From the NCBI RefSeq assembly GCF_009914755.1, contig NC_060939.1: a stretch of 64,000 nt of DNA. One strand, given 5' to 3'. A program made the translations under genes and the position numbers. Positions 40,801-53,692 of this stretch are shown one piece after another (positions within the stretch are counted from its first letter, which is position 1; each line of letters begins with the position of its first letter). Origin of the DNA: the human T2T-CHM13v2.0 reference genome, Homo sapiens. The notes beneath the pieces were generated by a model. It had not been told where the DNA came from, ran no database searches, and worked only from the letters and a program-made list of their open reading frames with translations.

Positions 40801-42952
40801 CTCCAAATATCCATTTCAAGATTCTACAAAAAGAGTGTTTCCAAACTGCTGTATCAAAACAAAGGTTGAACTCTGTGAGTTGAGGACACACATCACAAAT
40901 AAGTTTCTGAGAATGCTTCTGTCTAGTTTTTATTTGAAGATATTTCCTTTTTCACCATAGGCCTGAAAGCGCTCGAAATGTCCACTTCCAGACAGTACAG
41001 AAAGAGTGTTTCAAACCTGCTCTATGAACGGGAATGTTCAGCTCTGTGAGTTGAATGCAAACATCACAAAGCAGGTTCTGAGAATGCTTCCGTCTAGATT
41101 TTAAATGAGGATATTCCCGTTTCCAACGAAATCCTCGAAGCTATCCAAATATCCACTTGCAGATTCCACAAAAAGAGTGTTTCAAAACTGCTCTGTCAAA
41201 AGATAGGTTCAACTCTGTTAGTTGAGTACACACATGGCAAACAAGATTCCGAGAATGCTTTCGCCTAGTTTTTTTGGGAAGATATTTCCTTCTTCACCAT
41301 AGGCCTCAAAGCGCTCCAAATATCCATTTCCACATGCTATACAAAGAGTGTCTCAAACCTGCTGTATGAATGGGAATGTTCAACTCTATGAGTTGAATGC
41401 AAACATCACAAAGAAGTTTCTGAGAATGCTGCTGTCTAGATTTTATATGAAGGTTTTCCCGCTTCCAACGAAATTTTCAATGCTCTTAAAATATCCTCTT
41501 GTAGATTCTACAAAAAGAGTGTTTCCAAACTGCTGTATCAAAACAAAGGTTCATCTCTGTTAGTTGAGGACACACATCACAAATAAGTTTCTGAGAATGC
41601 TTCTGTCTAGTTCTTATTTGAAGACATTTCCTTTCTCACCTTAGGCCTGAAAGCGCTCGAAATACCCACTTCCAGATACTACAGAAACAGTGATTCAAAC
41701 CTGCTCTATGAAAGGGAATGTTCAACTATGTGACTTGAATGCAAACATCACAAAGCAGTTTCTGAGAATGCTGCTGTCTACTTTCTATTTGTAATCCCGT
41801 TTCCAACGAAATCCTCAGAACTATCGAAATTTCCAATTGCAGATTCCACAGAAACAGGGTTTCAAAGCTGCTCTGTAAAAAGAAAGGTTCAACTCTGTTA
41901 GTTGAATACACACGTCACAAACAAGTTTCTGAGAATGCTTCTGTCTAGTTTTTATGGGAAGATATTTCCTTTTTCACCGTAGGCCTCAAAGCGCTCCAAA
42001 TGTCCACTTCCACATACTGCAAAAAGAGTGTTTCAAACCTGCTCTATGATAGGGAATGTTGAAACCTATGAGTTGAATGCAAACATTACAAAGAAGTTTC
42101 TGAGAATGCTTCTGTCTAGATTTTATATGAAGGTTTTCCCGTTTCCAACGAAATTTTCAATGCTCTCAAAATATCCACTTGTAGATTCTACAAAAAGAGT
42201 GTTTCCAAACTGCTGTGTCAAAAGAAAGGTTCAACTCTGTTAGTTGAGGACACACATCACAAATAAGTTTCTGAGAATGCTTCTGTCTAGTTCTTATTTG
42301 AAGACATTTCCTTTCTCACCTTAGGCCTGAAAACGCTCGAAATATCCACTTCCAGATACGACAGAAACAGTGATTCAAACCTGCTCTATGAAAGGGAATG
42401 TTCAACTAGGTGACTTGAATGCAAACATCACAAAGCAGTTTCTGAGAATGCTGCTGTCTACTTTCTATTTGTAATCCCGTTTCCAACGAAATCCTCAGAA
42501 CTATCAAAATTTCCAATTGCAGATTCCACAAAAAGCGTGTTTCAAAGCTGCTCTGTAAAAAGAAAGGTTCAACTCTGTTAGTTGAATACACACGTCACAA
42601 ACAAGTTTCTGAGAATGCTTCTGTCTAGTTTTTATGGGAAGATATTTCCTTTTTCACCGTAGGCCTCAAAGCGCTCCAAATGTCCACTTCCACATACTAC
42701 AAAAAGAGTGTTTCAAACCTGCTCTATGATAGGGAATGTTGAAACCTATGAGTTGAATGCAAACATTACAAAGAGGTTTCTGAGAATGCTTCTGTCTAGA
42801 TTTTATATGTAGATATTCCCGTTTCCAACGAAATCCTCAAAGCTATCCAAATATCAACTTGCACATTCTACAAAAGGAATGTTTCCAAAATGCTGTATCC
42901 AAACAAAGGTTCAACTCTGTGAATTGAGGGCATACATCACAAAGAAGATTCT

Positions 42953-44827
42953 GAGAATGCTTCTGTCTAGATTTTATATGAAAATATTCCCGTTTCCAAC
43001 GAAATCCTCAAAGCTATCCAAATATCCACTTGCAAATGCCACAAAAAGAGTGTTTCCAAACTGCTCTGTGAAAAGGAAGGTTCAACTCTGTTAGTTGAGT
43101 ACACACATCACAAAGAGGTTTCTGAGAATGCTGCTGACTAGTTTTTATTTGAAGATATTTCCCTTTTCACCTTAGGCCTAAGAGTGCTCGAAATGTCCAT
43201 TTCCACATACTCCACAAAGTGTGTTTCAAACGTGCTGTATGAAAGGGAATGTTCAACTCTATGAGTTGAATGCAAAAATCACAAAGAAGATTCTGAGAAT
43301 GCTTTTGTCTAGATTTTATATGAAGATATTCCCGTGTCCAACGAAATTTTCAAAGGTCTCCAAATATCCATTTGTAGATTCTACAAAAAGAGTGATTCCA
43401 AACTGTTGTATCAAAACAAAGGTTGAACTCTGTGAGTTGAGGACACACATCACAAATAAGTTTCTGAGAATGCTTCTGTCTAGTTTTTATTTGAAGATAT
43501 TTCCTTTTTCACCATAGGCCTGAAAGCGCTCGAAATGTCCACTTCCAGATAGTACAGAAAGAGTGTTTCAAACCTGCTTTATGAACGGGAATGTTCAGCT
43601 CTGTGAGTTGAATGCAAACATCACAAAGCAGGTTCTGAGAATGCTTCCGTCTAGATTTTATATGAGGATATTCCCGTTTCCAGCAAAATCCTCGAAGTTA
43701 TCCAAATATCCATTTGCAGATTCCACAAAAAGAGTGTTTCAAAACTGCTCTGTCAAAAGATAGGTTCAACTCTGTTAGTTGAGTACACACATGGCAAACA
43801 AGATTCTGAGAATGCTTCCTTCTAGTTTTTTGGGAAGATATTTCCTTCTTCACCATAGGCCTCAAAGCGCTCCAATATCTATTTCCACATACTATACAAA
43901 GAGTGTCTCAAACCTGCTGTATGAAAGAGAATGTTCAAATGTATGAGTTGAATGCAAACATCACAAAGAAGTTTCTGAGAATGCTACTGTCTAGATTTTA
44001 TATGAAGGTTTTCCTGCTTCCAACGAAATTTTCAATGCTCTCAAAATATCCTCTTGTAGATTCTACAAAAAGAGTGTTTCCAAACTGCTGTGTCAAAACA
44101 AAGGTTCATCTCTGTTAGTTGAGGACACACATCACAAATAAGTTTCTGAGAATGCTTCTGTCTAGTTCTTATTTGAAGACATTTCCTTTCTCACCTTAGG
44201 CCTGAAAGCGCTCGAAATACACACTTCCTGATACTACAGAAACAGTGATTCAAACCTGCTCTATGAAAGCGAATGTTCAACTAGGTGACTTGAATGCAAA
44301 CATCACAAAGCAGTTTCTGAGAATGCTGCTGTCTACTTTCTATTTGTAATCCCGTTTCCAACGAAATCCTCAGAACTATCGAAATTTCCAATTGCAGATT
44401 CCACAAAAAGAGTGTTTCAAAGCTGCTCTGTAAAAAGAAAGGTTCAACTCTGTTAGTTGAATACACACGTCACAAACAAGTTTCTGAGAATGCTTCTGTC
44501 TCGTTTTTATGGGAAGATATTTCCTTTTTCACCGTAGGCCTCAAAGCGCTCCAAATGTCCACCTCCACATACTACAAAAAGAGTGTTTCAAACCTGCTCT
44601 ATGAAAGGGAATGTTCAACTCTATGAGTTGAATGCAAACATTACAAAGAAGTTTCTGAGAATGCTTCTGTCTAGATTTTATATGTAGATATTCCCGTTTC
44701 CAACGAAATAATCAAAGCTATCCAAATATCAACTTGCAGATTCTACAAAAGAAATGTTTCCAAAATGCTGTATCCAAACAAAGGTTCAACTCTGTGAATT
44801 GAGTGCATACATCACAAAGAAGATTCT
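42953..44827 (-). repeat. 11-mer HOR variant (one 4-mer copy, 1875 bp)
   Basis: Anchors 43221 to 45096 = 1875 = 2557 - 680 - 2. Two 1-bp deletions in monomer 6 (T6 instead of T7 before gggaag; tccaatat instead of tccaaatat). Confidence 0.93.
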
Positions 44828-47800
44828 GAGAATGCTTCTGTGTAGATCTTATATGAAAATATTCCCGTTTCCAATGAAATCCTCAAAGCTATCCAAATAT
44901 CCACTTGCAAATGCCACAAAAAGTGTGTTTCCAAACTGCTCTGTGAAAAGGAAGGTTCAACTCTGTTAGTTGAGTACACACATCACAAAGAGGTTTCTGA
45001 GAATGCTGCTGACTAGTTTTTATTTGAAGATATTTCCCTTTTCACCTTAGGCCTAAGAGTGCTCGAAATGTCCATTTCCACATACTCCACAAAGTGTGTT
45101 TCAAACGTGCTGTATGAAAGGGAATGTTCAACTCTATGAGTTGAATGCAAACATCACAAAGAAGATTCTGAGAATGCTTTTGTCTAGATTTTATATGAAG
45201 ATATTCCCGTGTCCAACGAAATTTTCAAAGGTCTCCAAATATCCATTTGTAGATTCTACAAAAAGAGTGATTCCAAACTGTTGTATCAAAACAAAGGTTG
45301 AACTCTGTGAGTTGAGGACACACATCACAAATAAGTTTCTGAGAATGCTTCTGTCTAGTTTTTATTTGAAGATATTTCCTTTTTCACCATAGGCCTGAAA
45401 GCGCTCGAAATGTCCACTTCCAGATAGTACAGAAAGAGTGTTTCAAACCTGCTCTATGAACGGGAATGTTCAGCTCTGTGAGTTGAATGCAAACATCACA
45501 AAGCAGGTTCTGAGAATGCTTCCGTCTAGATTTTATATGAGGATATTCCCGTTTCCAGCAAAATCCTCGAAGTTATCCAAATATCCATTTGCAGATTCCA
45601 CAAAAAGAGTGTTTCAAAACTGCTCTGTCAAAAGATAGGTTCAACTCTGTTAGTTGAGTACACACATGGCAAACAAGATTCCGAGAATGCTTTCGCCTAG
45701 TTTTTTTGGGAAGATATTTCCTTCTTCACCATAGGCCTCAAAGCGCTCCAAATATCCATTTCCACATGCTATACAAAGAGTGTCTCAAACCTGCTGTATG
45801 AATGGGAATGTTCAACTCTATGAGTTGAATGCAAACATCACAAAGAAGTTTCTGAGAATGCTGCTGTCTAGATTTTATATGAAGGTTTTCCCGCTTCCAA
45901 CGAAATTTTCAATGCTCTCAAAATATCCTCTTGTAGATTCTACAAAAAGAGTGTTTCCAAACTGCTGTATCAAAACAAAGGTTCATCTCTGTTAGTTGAG
46001 GACACACATCACAAATAAGTTTCTGAGAATGCTTCTGTCTAGTTCTTATTTGAAGACATTTCCTTTCTCACCTTAGGCCTGAAAGCGCTCGAAATACCCA
46101 CTTCCAGATACTACAGAAACAGTGATTCAAACCTGCTCTATGAAAGGGAATGTTCAACTATGTGACTTGAATGCAAACATCACAAAGCAGTTTCTGAGAA
46201 TGCTGCTGTCTACTTTCTATTTGTAATCCCGTTTCCAACGAAATCCTCAGAACTATCGAAATTTCCAATTGCAGATTCCACAGAAACAGGGTTTCAAAGC
46301 TGCTCTGTAAAAAGAAAGGTTCAACTCTGTTAGTTGAATACACACGTCACAAACAAGTTTCTGAGAATGCTTCTGTCTAGTTTTTATGGGAAGATATTTC
46401 CTTTTTCACCGTAGGCCTCAAAGCGCTCCAAATGTCCACTTCCACATACTGCAAAAAGAGTGTTTCAAACCTGCTCTATGATAGGGAATGTTGAAACCTA
46501 TGAGTTGAATGCAAACATTACAAAGAAGTTTCTGAGAATGCTTCTGTCTAGATTTTATATGAAGGTTTTCCCGCTTCCAACGAAATTTTCAATGCTCTCA
46601 AAATATCCTCTTGTAGATTCTACAAAAAGAGTGTTTCCAAACTGCTGTATCAAAACAAAGGTTCATCTCTGTTAGTTGAGGACACACATCACAAATAAGT
46701 TTCTGAGAATGCTTCTGTCTAGTTCTTATTTGAAGACATTTCCTTTCTCACCTTAGGCCTGAAAGCGCTCGAAATACACACTTCCTGATACTACAGAAAC
46801 AGTGATTCAAACCTGCTCTATGAAAGCGAATGTTCAACTAGGTGACTTGAATGCAAACATCACAAAGCAGTTTCTGAGAATGCTGCTGTCTACTTTCTAT
46901 TTGTAATCCCGTTTCCAACGAAATCCTCAGAACTATCGAAATTTCCAATTGCAGATTCCACAAAAAGAGTGTTTCAAAGCTGCTCTGTAAAAAGAAAGGT
47001 TCAACTCTGTTAGTTGAATACACACGTCACAAACAAGTTTCTGAGAATGCTTCTGTCTCGTTTTTATGGGAAGATATTTCCTTTTTCACCGTAGGCCTCA
47101 AAGCGCTCCAAATGTCCACCTCCACATACTACAAAAAGAGTGTTTCAAACCTGCTCTATGAAAGGGAATGTTCAACTCTATGAGTTGAATGCAAACATTA
47201 CAAAGAAGTTTCTGAGAATGCTTCTGTCTAGATTTTATATGTAGATATTCCCGTTTCCAACGAAATAATCAAAGCTATCCAAATATCAACTTGCAGATTC
47301 TACAAAAGAAATGTTTCCAAAATGCTGTATCCAAACAAAGGTTCAACTCTGTGAATTGAGTGCATACATCACAAAGAAGATTCTGAGAATGCTTCTGTGT
47401 AGATCTTATATGAAAATATTCCCGTTTCCAATGAAATCCTCAAAGCTATCCAAATATCCACTTGCAAATGCCACAAAAAGTGTGTTTCCAAACTGCTCTG
47501 TGAAAAGGAAGGTTCAACTCTGTTAGTTGAGTACACACATCACAAAGAGGTTTCTGAGAATGCTGCTGACTAGTTTTTATTTGAAGATATTTCCCTTTTC
47601 ACCTTAGGCCTAAGAGTGCTCGAAATGTCCATTTCCACATACTCCACAAAGTGTGTTTCAAACGTGCTGTATGAAAGGGAATGTTCAACTCTATGAGTTG
47701 AATGCAAACATCACAAAGAAGATTCTGAGAATGCTTTTGTCTAGATTTTATATGAAGATATTCCCGTGTCCAACGAAATTTTCAAAGGTCTCCAAATATC

Positions 47801-49941
47801 CATTTGTAGATTCTACAAAAAGAGTGATTCCAAACTGTTGTATCAAAACAAAGGTTGAACTCTGTGAGTTGAGGACACACATCACAAATAAGTTTCTGAG
47901 AATGCTTCTGTCTAGTTTTTATTTGAAGATATTTCCTTTTTCACCATAGGCCTGAAAGCGCTCGAAATGTCCACTTCCAGATAGTACAGAAAGAGTGTTT
48001 CAAACCTGCTCTATGAACGGGAATGTTCAGCTCTGTGAGTTGAATGCAAACATCACAAAGCAGGTTCTGAGAATGCTTCCGTCTAGATTTTATATGAGGA
48101 TATTCCCGTTTCCAGCAAAATCCTCGAAGTTATCCAAATATCCATTTGCAGATTCCACAAAAAGAGTGTTTCAAAACTGCTCTGTCAAAAGATAGGTTCA
48201 ACTCTGTTAGTTGAGTACACACATGGCAAACAAGATTCCGAGAATGCTTTCGCCTAGTTTTTTTGGGAAGATATTTCCTTCTTCACCATAGGCCTCAAAG
48301 CGCTCCAAATATCCATTTCCACATGCTATACAAAGAGTGTCTCAAACCTGCTGTATGAATGGGAATGTTCAACTCTATGAGTTGAATGCAAACATCACAA
48401 AGAAGTTTCTGAGAATGCTGCTGTCTAGATTTTATATGAAGGTTTTCCCGCTTCCAACGAAATTTTCAATGCTCTCAAAATATCCTCTTGTAGATTCTAC
48501 AAAAAGAGTGTTTCCAAACTGCTGTATCAAAACAAAGGTTCATCTCTGTTAGTTGAGGACACACATCACAAATAAGTTTCTGAGAATGCTTCTGTCTAGT
48601 TCTTATTTGAAGACATTTCCTTTCTCACCTTAGGCCTGAAAGCGCTCGAAATACCCACTTCCAGATACTACAGAAACAGTGATTCAAACCTGCTCTATGA
48701 AAGGGAATGTTCAACTATGTGACTTGAATGCAAACATCACAAAGCAGTTTCTGAGAATGCTGCTGTCTACTTTCTATTTGTAATCCCGTTTCCAACGAAA
48801 TCCTCAGAACTATCGAAATTTCCAATTGCAGATTCCACAGAAACAGGGTTTCAAAGCTGCTCTGTAAAAAGAAAGGTTCAACTCTGTTAGTTGAATACAC
48901 ACGTCACAAACAAGTTTCTGAGAATGCTTCTGTCTAGTTTTTATGGGAAGATATTTCCTTTTTCACCGTAGGCCTCAAAGCGCTCCAAATGTCCACTTCC
49001 ACATACTGCAAAAAGAGTGTTTCAAACCTGCTCTATGATAGGGAATGTTGAAACCTATGAGTTGAATGCAAACATTACAAAGAAGTTTCTGAGAATGCTT
49101 CTGTCTAGATTTTATATGAAGGTTTTCCCGTTTCCAACGAAATTTTCAATGCTCTCAAAATATCCACTTGTAGATTCTACAAAAAGAGTGTTTCCAAACT
49201 GCTGTGTCAAAAGAAAGGTTCAACTCTGTTAGTTGAGGACACACATCACAAATAAGTTTCTGAGAATGCTTCTGTCTAGTTCTTATTTGAAGACATTTCC
49301 TTTCTCACCTTAGGCCTGAAAACGCTCGAAATATCCACTTCCAGATACGACAGAAACAGTGATTCAAACCTGCTCTATGAAAGGGAATGTTCAACTAGGT
49401 GACTTGAATGCAAACATCACAAAGCAGTTTCTGAGAATGCTGCTGTCTACTTTCTATTTGTAATCCTATTTCCAACGAAATCCTCAGAACTATCAAAATT
49501 TCCAATTGCAGATTCCACAAAAAGCGTGTTTCAAAGCTGCTCTGTAAAAAGAAAGGTTCAACTCTGTTAGTTGAATACACACGTCACAAACAAGTTTCTG
49601 AGAATGCTTCTGTCTAGTTTTTATGGGAAGATATTTCCTTTTTCACCGTAGGCCTCAAAGCGCTCCAAATGTCCACTTCCACATACTACAAAAAGAGTGT
49701 TTCAAACCTGCTCTATGATAGGGAATGTTGAAACCTATGAGTTGAATGCAAACATTACAAAGAGGTTTCTGAGAATGCTTCTGTCTAGATTTTATATGTA
49801 GATATTCCCGTTTCCAACGAAATCCTCAAAGCTATCCAAATATCAACTTGCACATTCTACAAAAGGAATGTTTCCAAAATGCTGTATCCAAACAAAGGTT
49901 CAACTCTGTGAATTGAGGGCATACATCACAAAGAAGATTCT

Positions 49942-52900
49942 GAGAATGCTTCTGTCTAGATTTTATATGAAAATATTCCCGTTTCCAACGAAATCCTCAA
50001 AGCTATCCAAATATCCACTTGCAAATGCCACAAAAAGATTGTTTCCAAACTGCTCTGTGAAAAGGAAGGTTCAACTCTGTTAGTTGAGTACACACATCAC
50101 AAAGAGGTTTCTGAGAATGCTGCTGACTAGTTTTTATTTGAAGATATTTCCCTTTTCACCTTAGGCCTAAGAGTGCTCGAAATGTCCATTTCCACATACT
50201 CCACAAAGTGTGTTTCAAACGTGCTGTATGAAAGGGAATGTTCAACTGTATGAGTTGAATGCAAAAATCACAAAGAAGATTCTGAGAATGCTTTTGTCTA
50301 GATTTTATATGAAGATATTCCCGTGTCCAACGAAATTTTCAAAGGTCTCCAAATATCCATTTGTAGATTCTACAAAAAGAGTGATTCCAAACTGTTGTAT
50401 CAAAACAAAGGTTGAACTCTGTGAGTTGAGGACACACATCACAAATAAGTTTCTGAGAATGCTTCTGTCTAGTTTTTATTTGAAGATATTTCCTTTTTCA
50501 CCATAGGCCTGAAAGCGCTCGAAATGTCCACTTCCAGATAGTACAGAAAGAGTGTTTCAAACCTGCTCTATGAACGGGAATGTTCAGCTCTGTGAGTTGA
50601 ATGCAAACATCACAAAGCAGGTTCTGAGAATGCTTCCGTCTAGATTTTATATGAGGATATTCCCGTTTCCAGCAAAATCCTCGAAGTTATCCAAATATCC
50701 ATTTGCAGATTCCACAAAAAGAGTGTTTCAAAACTGCTCTGTCAAAAGATAGGTTCAACTCTGTTAGTTGAGTACACACATGGCAAACAAGATTCTGAGA
50801 ATGCTTCCTTCTAGTTTTTTGGGAAGATATTTCCTTCTTCACCATAGGCCTCAAAGCGCTCCAATATCTATTTCCACATACTATACAAAGAGTGTCTCAA
50901 ACCTGCTGTATGAAAGAGAATGTTCAAATCTATGAGTTGAATGCAAACATCACAAAGAAGTTTCTGAGAATGCTACTGTCTAGATTTTATATGAAGGTTT
51001 TCCTGCTTCCAACGAAATTTTCAATGCTCTCAAAATATCCTCTTGTAGATTCTACAAAAAGAGTGTTTCCAAACTGCTGTGTCAAAACAAAGGTTCATCT
51101 CTGTTAGTTGAGGACACACATCACAAATAAGTTTCTGAGAATGCTTCTGTCTAGTTCTTATTTGAAGACATTTCCTTTCTCACCTTAGGCCTGAAAGCGC
51201 TCGAAATACACACTTCCTGATACTACAGAAACAGTGATTCAAACCTGCTCTATGAAAGCGAATGTTCAACTAGGTGACTTGAATGCAAACATCACAAAGC
51301 AGTTTCTGAGAATGCTGCTGTCTACTTTCTATTTGTAATCCCGTTTCCAACGAAATCCTCAGAACTATCGAAATTTCCAATTGCAGATTCCACAAAAAGA
51401 GTGTTTCAAAGCTGCTCTGTAAAAAGAAAGGTTCAACTCTGTTAGTTGAATACACACGTCACAAACAAGTTTCTGAGAATGCTTCTGTCTCGTTTTTATG
51501 GGAAGATATTTCCTTTTTCACCGTAGGCCTCAAAGCGCTCCAAATGTCCACCTCCACATACTACAAAAAGAGTGTTTCAAACCTGTTCTATGAAAGGGAA
51601 TGTTCAACTCTATGAGTTGAATGCAAACATTACAAAGAAGTTTCTGAGAATGCTTCTGTCTAGATTTTATATGTAGATATTCCCGTTTCCAACGAAATAA
51701 TCAAAGCTATCCAAATATCAACTTGCAGATTCTACAAAAGAAATGTTTCCAAAATGCTGTATCCAAACAAAGGTTCAACTCTGTGAATTGAGTGCATACA
51801 TCACAAAGAAGATTCTGAGAATGCTTCTGTGTAGATCTTATATGAAAATATTCCCGTTTCCAATGAAATCCTCAAAGCTATCCAAATATCCACTTGCAAA
51901 TGCCACAAAAAGTGTGTTTCCAAACTGCTCTGTGAAAAGGAAGGTTCAACTCTGTTAGTTGAGTACACACATCACAAAGAGGTTTCTGAGAATGCTGCTG
52001 ACTAGTTTTTATTTGAAGATATTTCCCTTTTCACCTTAGGCCTAAGAGTGCTCGAAATGTCCATTTCCACATACTCCACAAAGTGTGTTTCAAACGTGCT
52101 GTATGAAAGAAAATGTTCAACTCTATGAGTTGAATGCAAAAATCACAAAGAAGATTCTGAGAATGCTTTTGTCTAGATTTTATATGAAGATATTCCCGTG
52201 TCCAACGAAATTTTCAAAGGTCTCCAAATATCCATTTGTAGATTCTACAAAAAGAGTGATTCCAAACTGTTGTATCAAAACAAAGGTTGAACTCTGTGAG
52301 TTGAGGACACACATCACAAATAAGTTTCTGAGAATGCTTCTGTCTAGTTTTTATTTGAAGATATTTCCTTTTTCACCATAGGCCTGAAAGCGCTCGAAAT
52401 GTCCACTTCCAGATAGTACAGAAAGAGTGTTTCAAACCTGCTCTATGAACGGGAATGTTCAGCTCTGTGAGTTGAATGCAAACATCACAAAGCAGGTTCT
52501 GAGAATGCTTCCGTCTAGATTTTATATGAGGATATTCCCGTTTCCAGCAAAATCCTCGAAGTTATCCAAATATCCATTTGCAGATTCCACAAAAAGAGTG
52601 TTTCAAAACTGCTCTGTCAAAAGATAGGTTCAACTCTGTTAGTTGAGTACACACATGGCAAAGAAGATTATGAGAATGCTTCCTTCTAGTTTTTTTGGGA
52701 AGATATTTCCTTCTTCACCATAGGCCTCAAAGCGCTCCAATATCTATTTCCACATACTATACAAAGAGTGTCTCAAACCTGCTGTATGAAAGAGAATGTT
52801 CAAATCTATGAGTTGAATGCAAACATCACAAAGAAGTTTCTGAGAATGCTACTGTCTAGATTTTATATGAAGGTTTTCCTGCTTCCAACGAAATTTTCAA

Positions 52901-53692
52901 TGCTCTCAAAATATCCTCTTGTAGATTCTACAAAAAGAGTGTTTCCAAACTGCTGTGTCAAAACAAAGGTTCATCTCTGTTAGTTGAGGACACACATCAC
53001 AAATAAGTTTCTGAGAATGCTTCTGTCTAGTTCTTATTTGAAGACATTTCCTTTCTCACCTTAGGCCTGAAAGCGCTCGAAATACACACTTCCTGATACT
53101 ACAGAAACAGTGATTCAAACCTGCTCTATGAAAGCGAATGTTCAACTAGGTGACTTGAATGCAAACATCACAAAGCAGTTTCTGAGAATGCTGCTGTCTA
53201 CTTTCTATTTGTAATCCCGTTTCCAACGAAATCCTCAGAACTATCGAAATTTCCAATTGCAGATTCCACAAAAAGAGTGTTTCAAAGCTGCTCTGTAAAA
53301 AGAAAGGTTCAACTCTGTTAGTTGAATACACACGTCACAAACAAGTTTCTGAGAATGCTTCTGTCTAGTTTTTATGGGAAGATATTTCCTTTTTCACCGT
53401 AGGCCTCAAAGCGCTCCAAATGTCCACCTCCACATACTACAAAAAGAGTGTTTCAAACCTGCTCTATGAAAGGGAATGTTCAACTCTATGAGTTGAATGC
53501 AAACATTACAAAGAAGTTTCTGAGAATGCTTCTGTCTAGATTTTATATGTAGATATTCCCGTTTCCAACGAAATCCTCAAAGCTATCCAAATATCAACTT
53601 GCAGATTCTACAAAAGAAATGTTTCCAAAATGCTGTATCCAAACAAAGGTTCAACTCTGTGAATTGAGTGCATACATCACAAAGAAGATTCT
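49942..53692 (-). repeat. Two consecutive 11-mer HORs (1875 + 1876 bp)
   Basis: Anchors 50210, 52085, 53961; one 167-bp monomer per unit. Confidence 0.93.
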
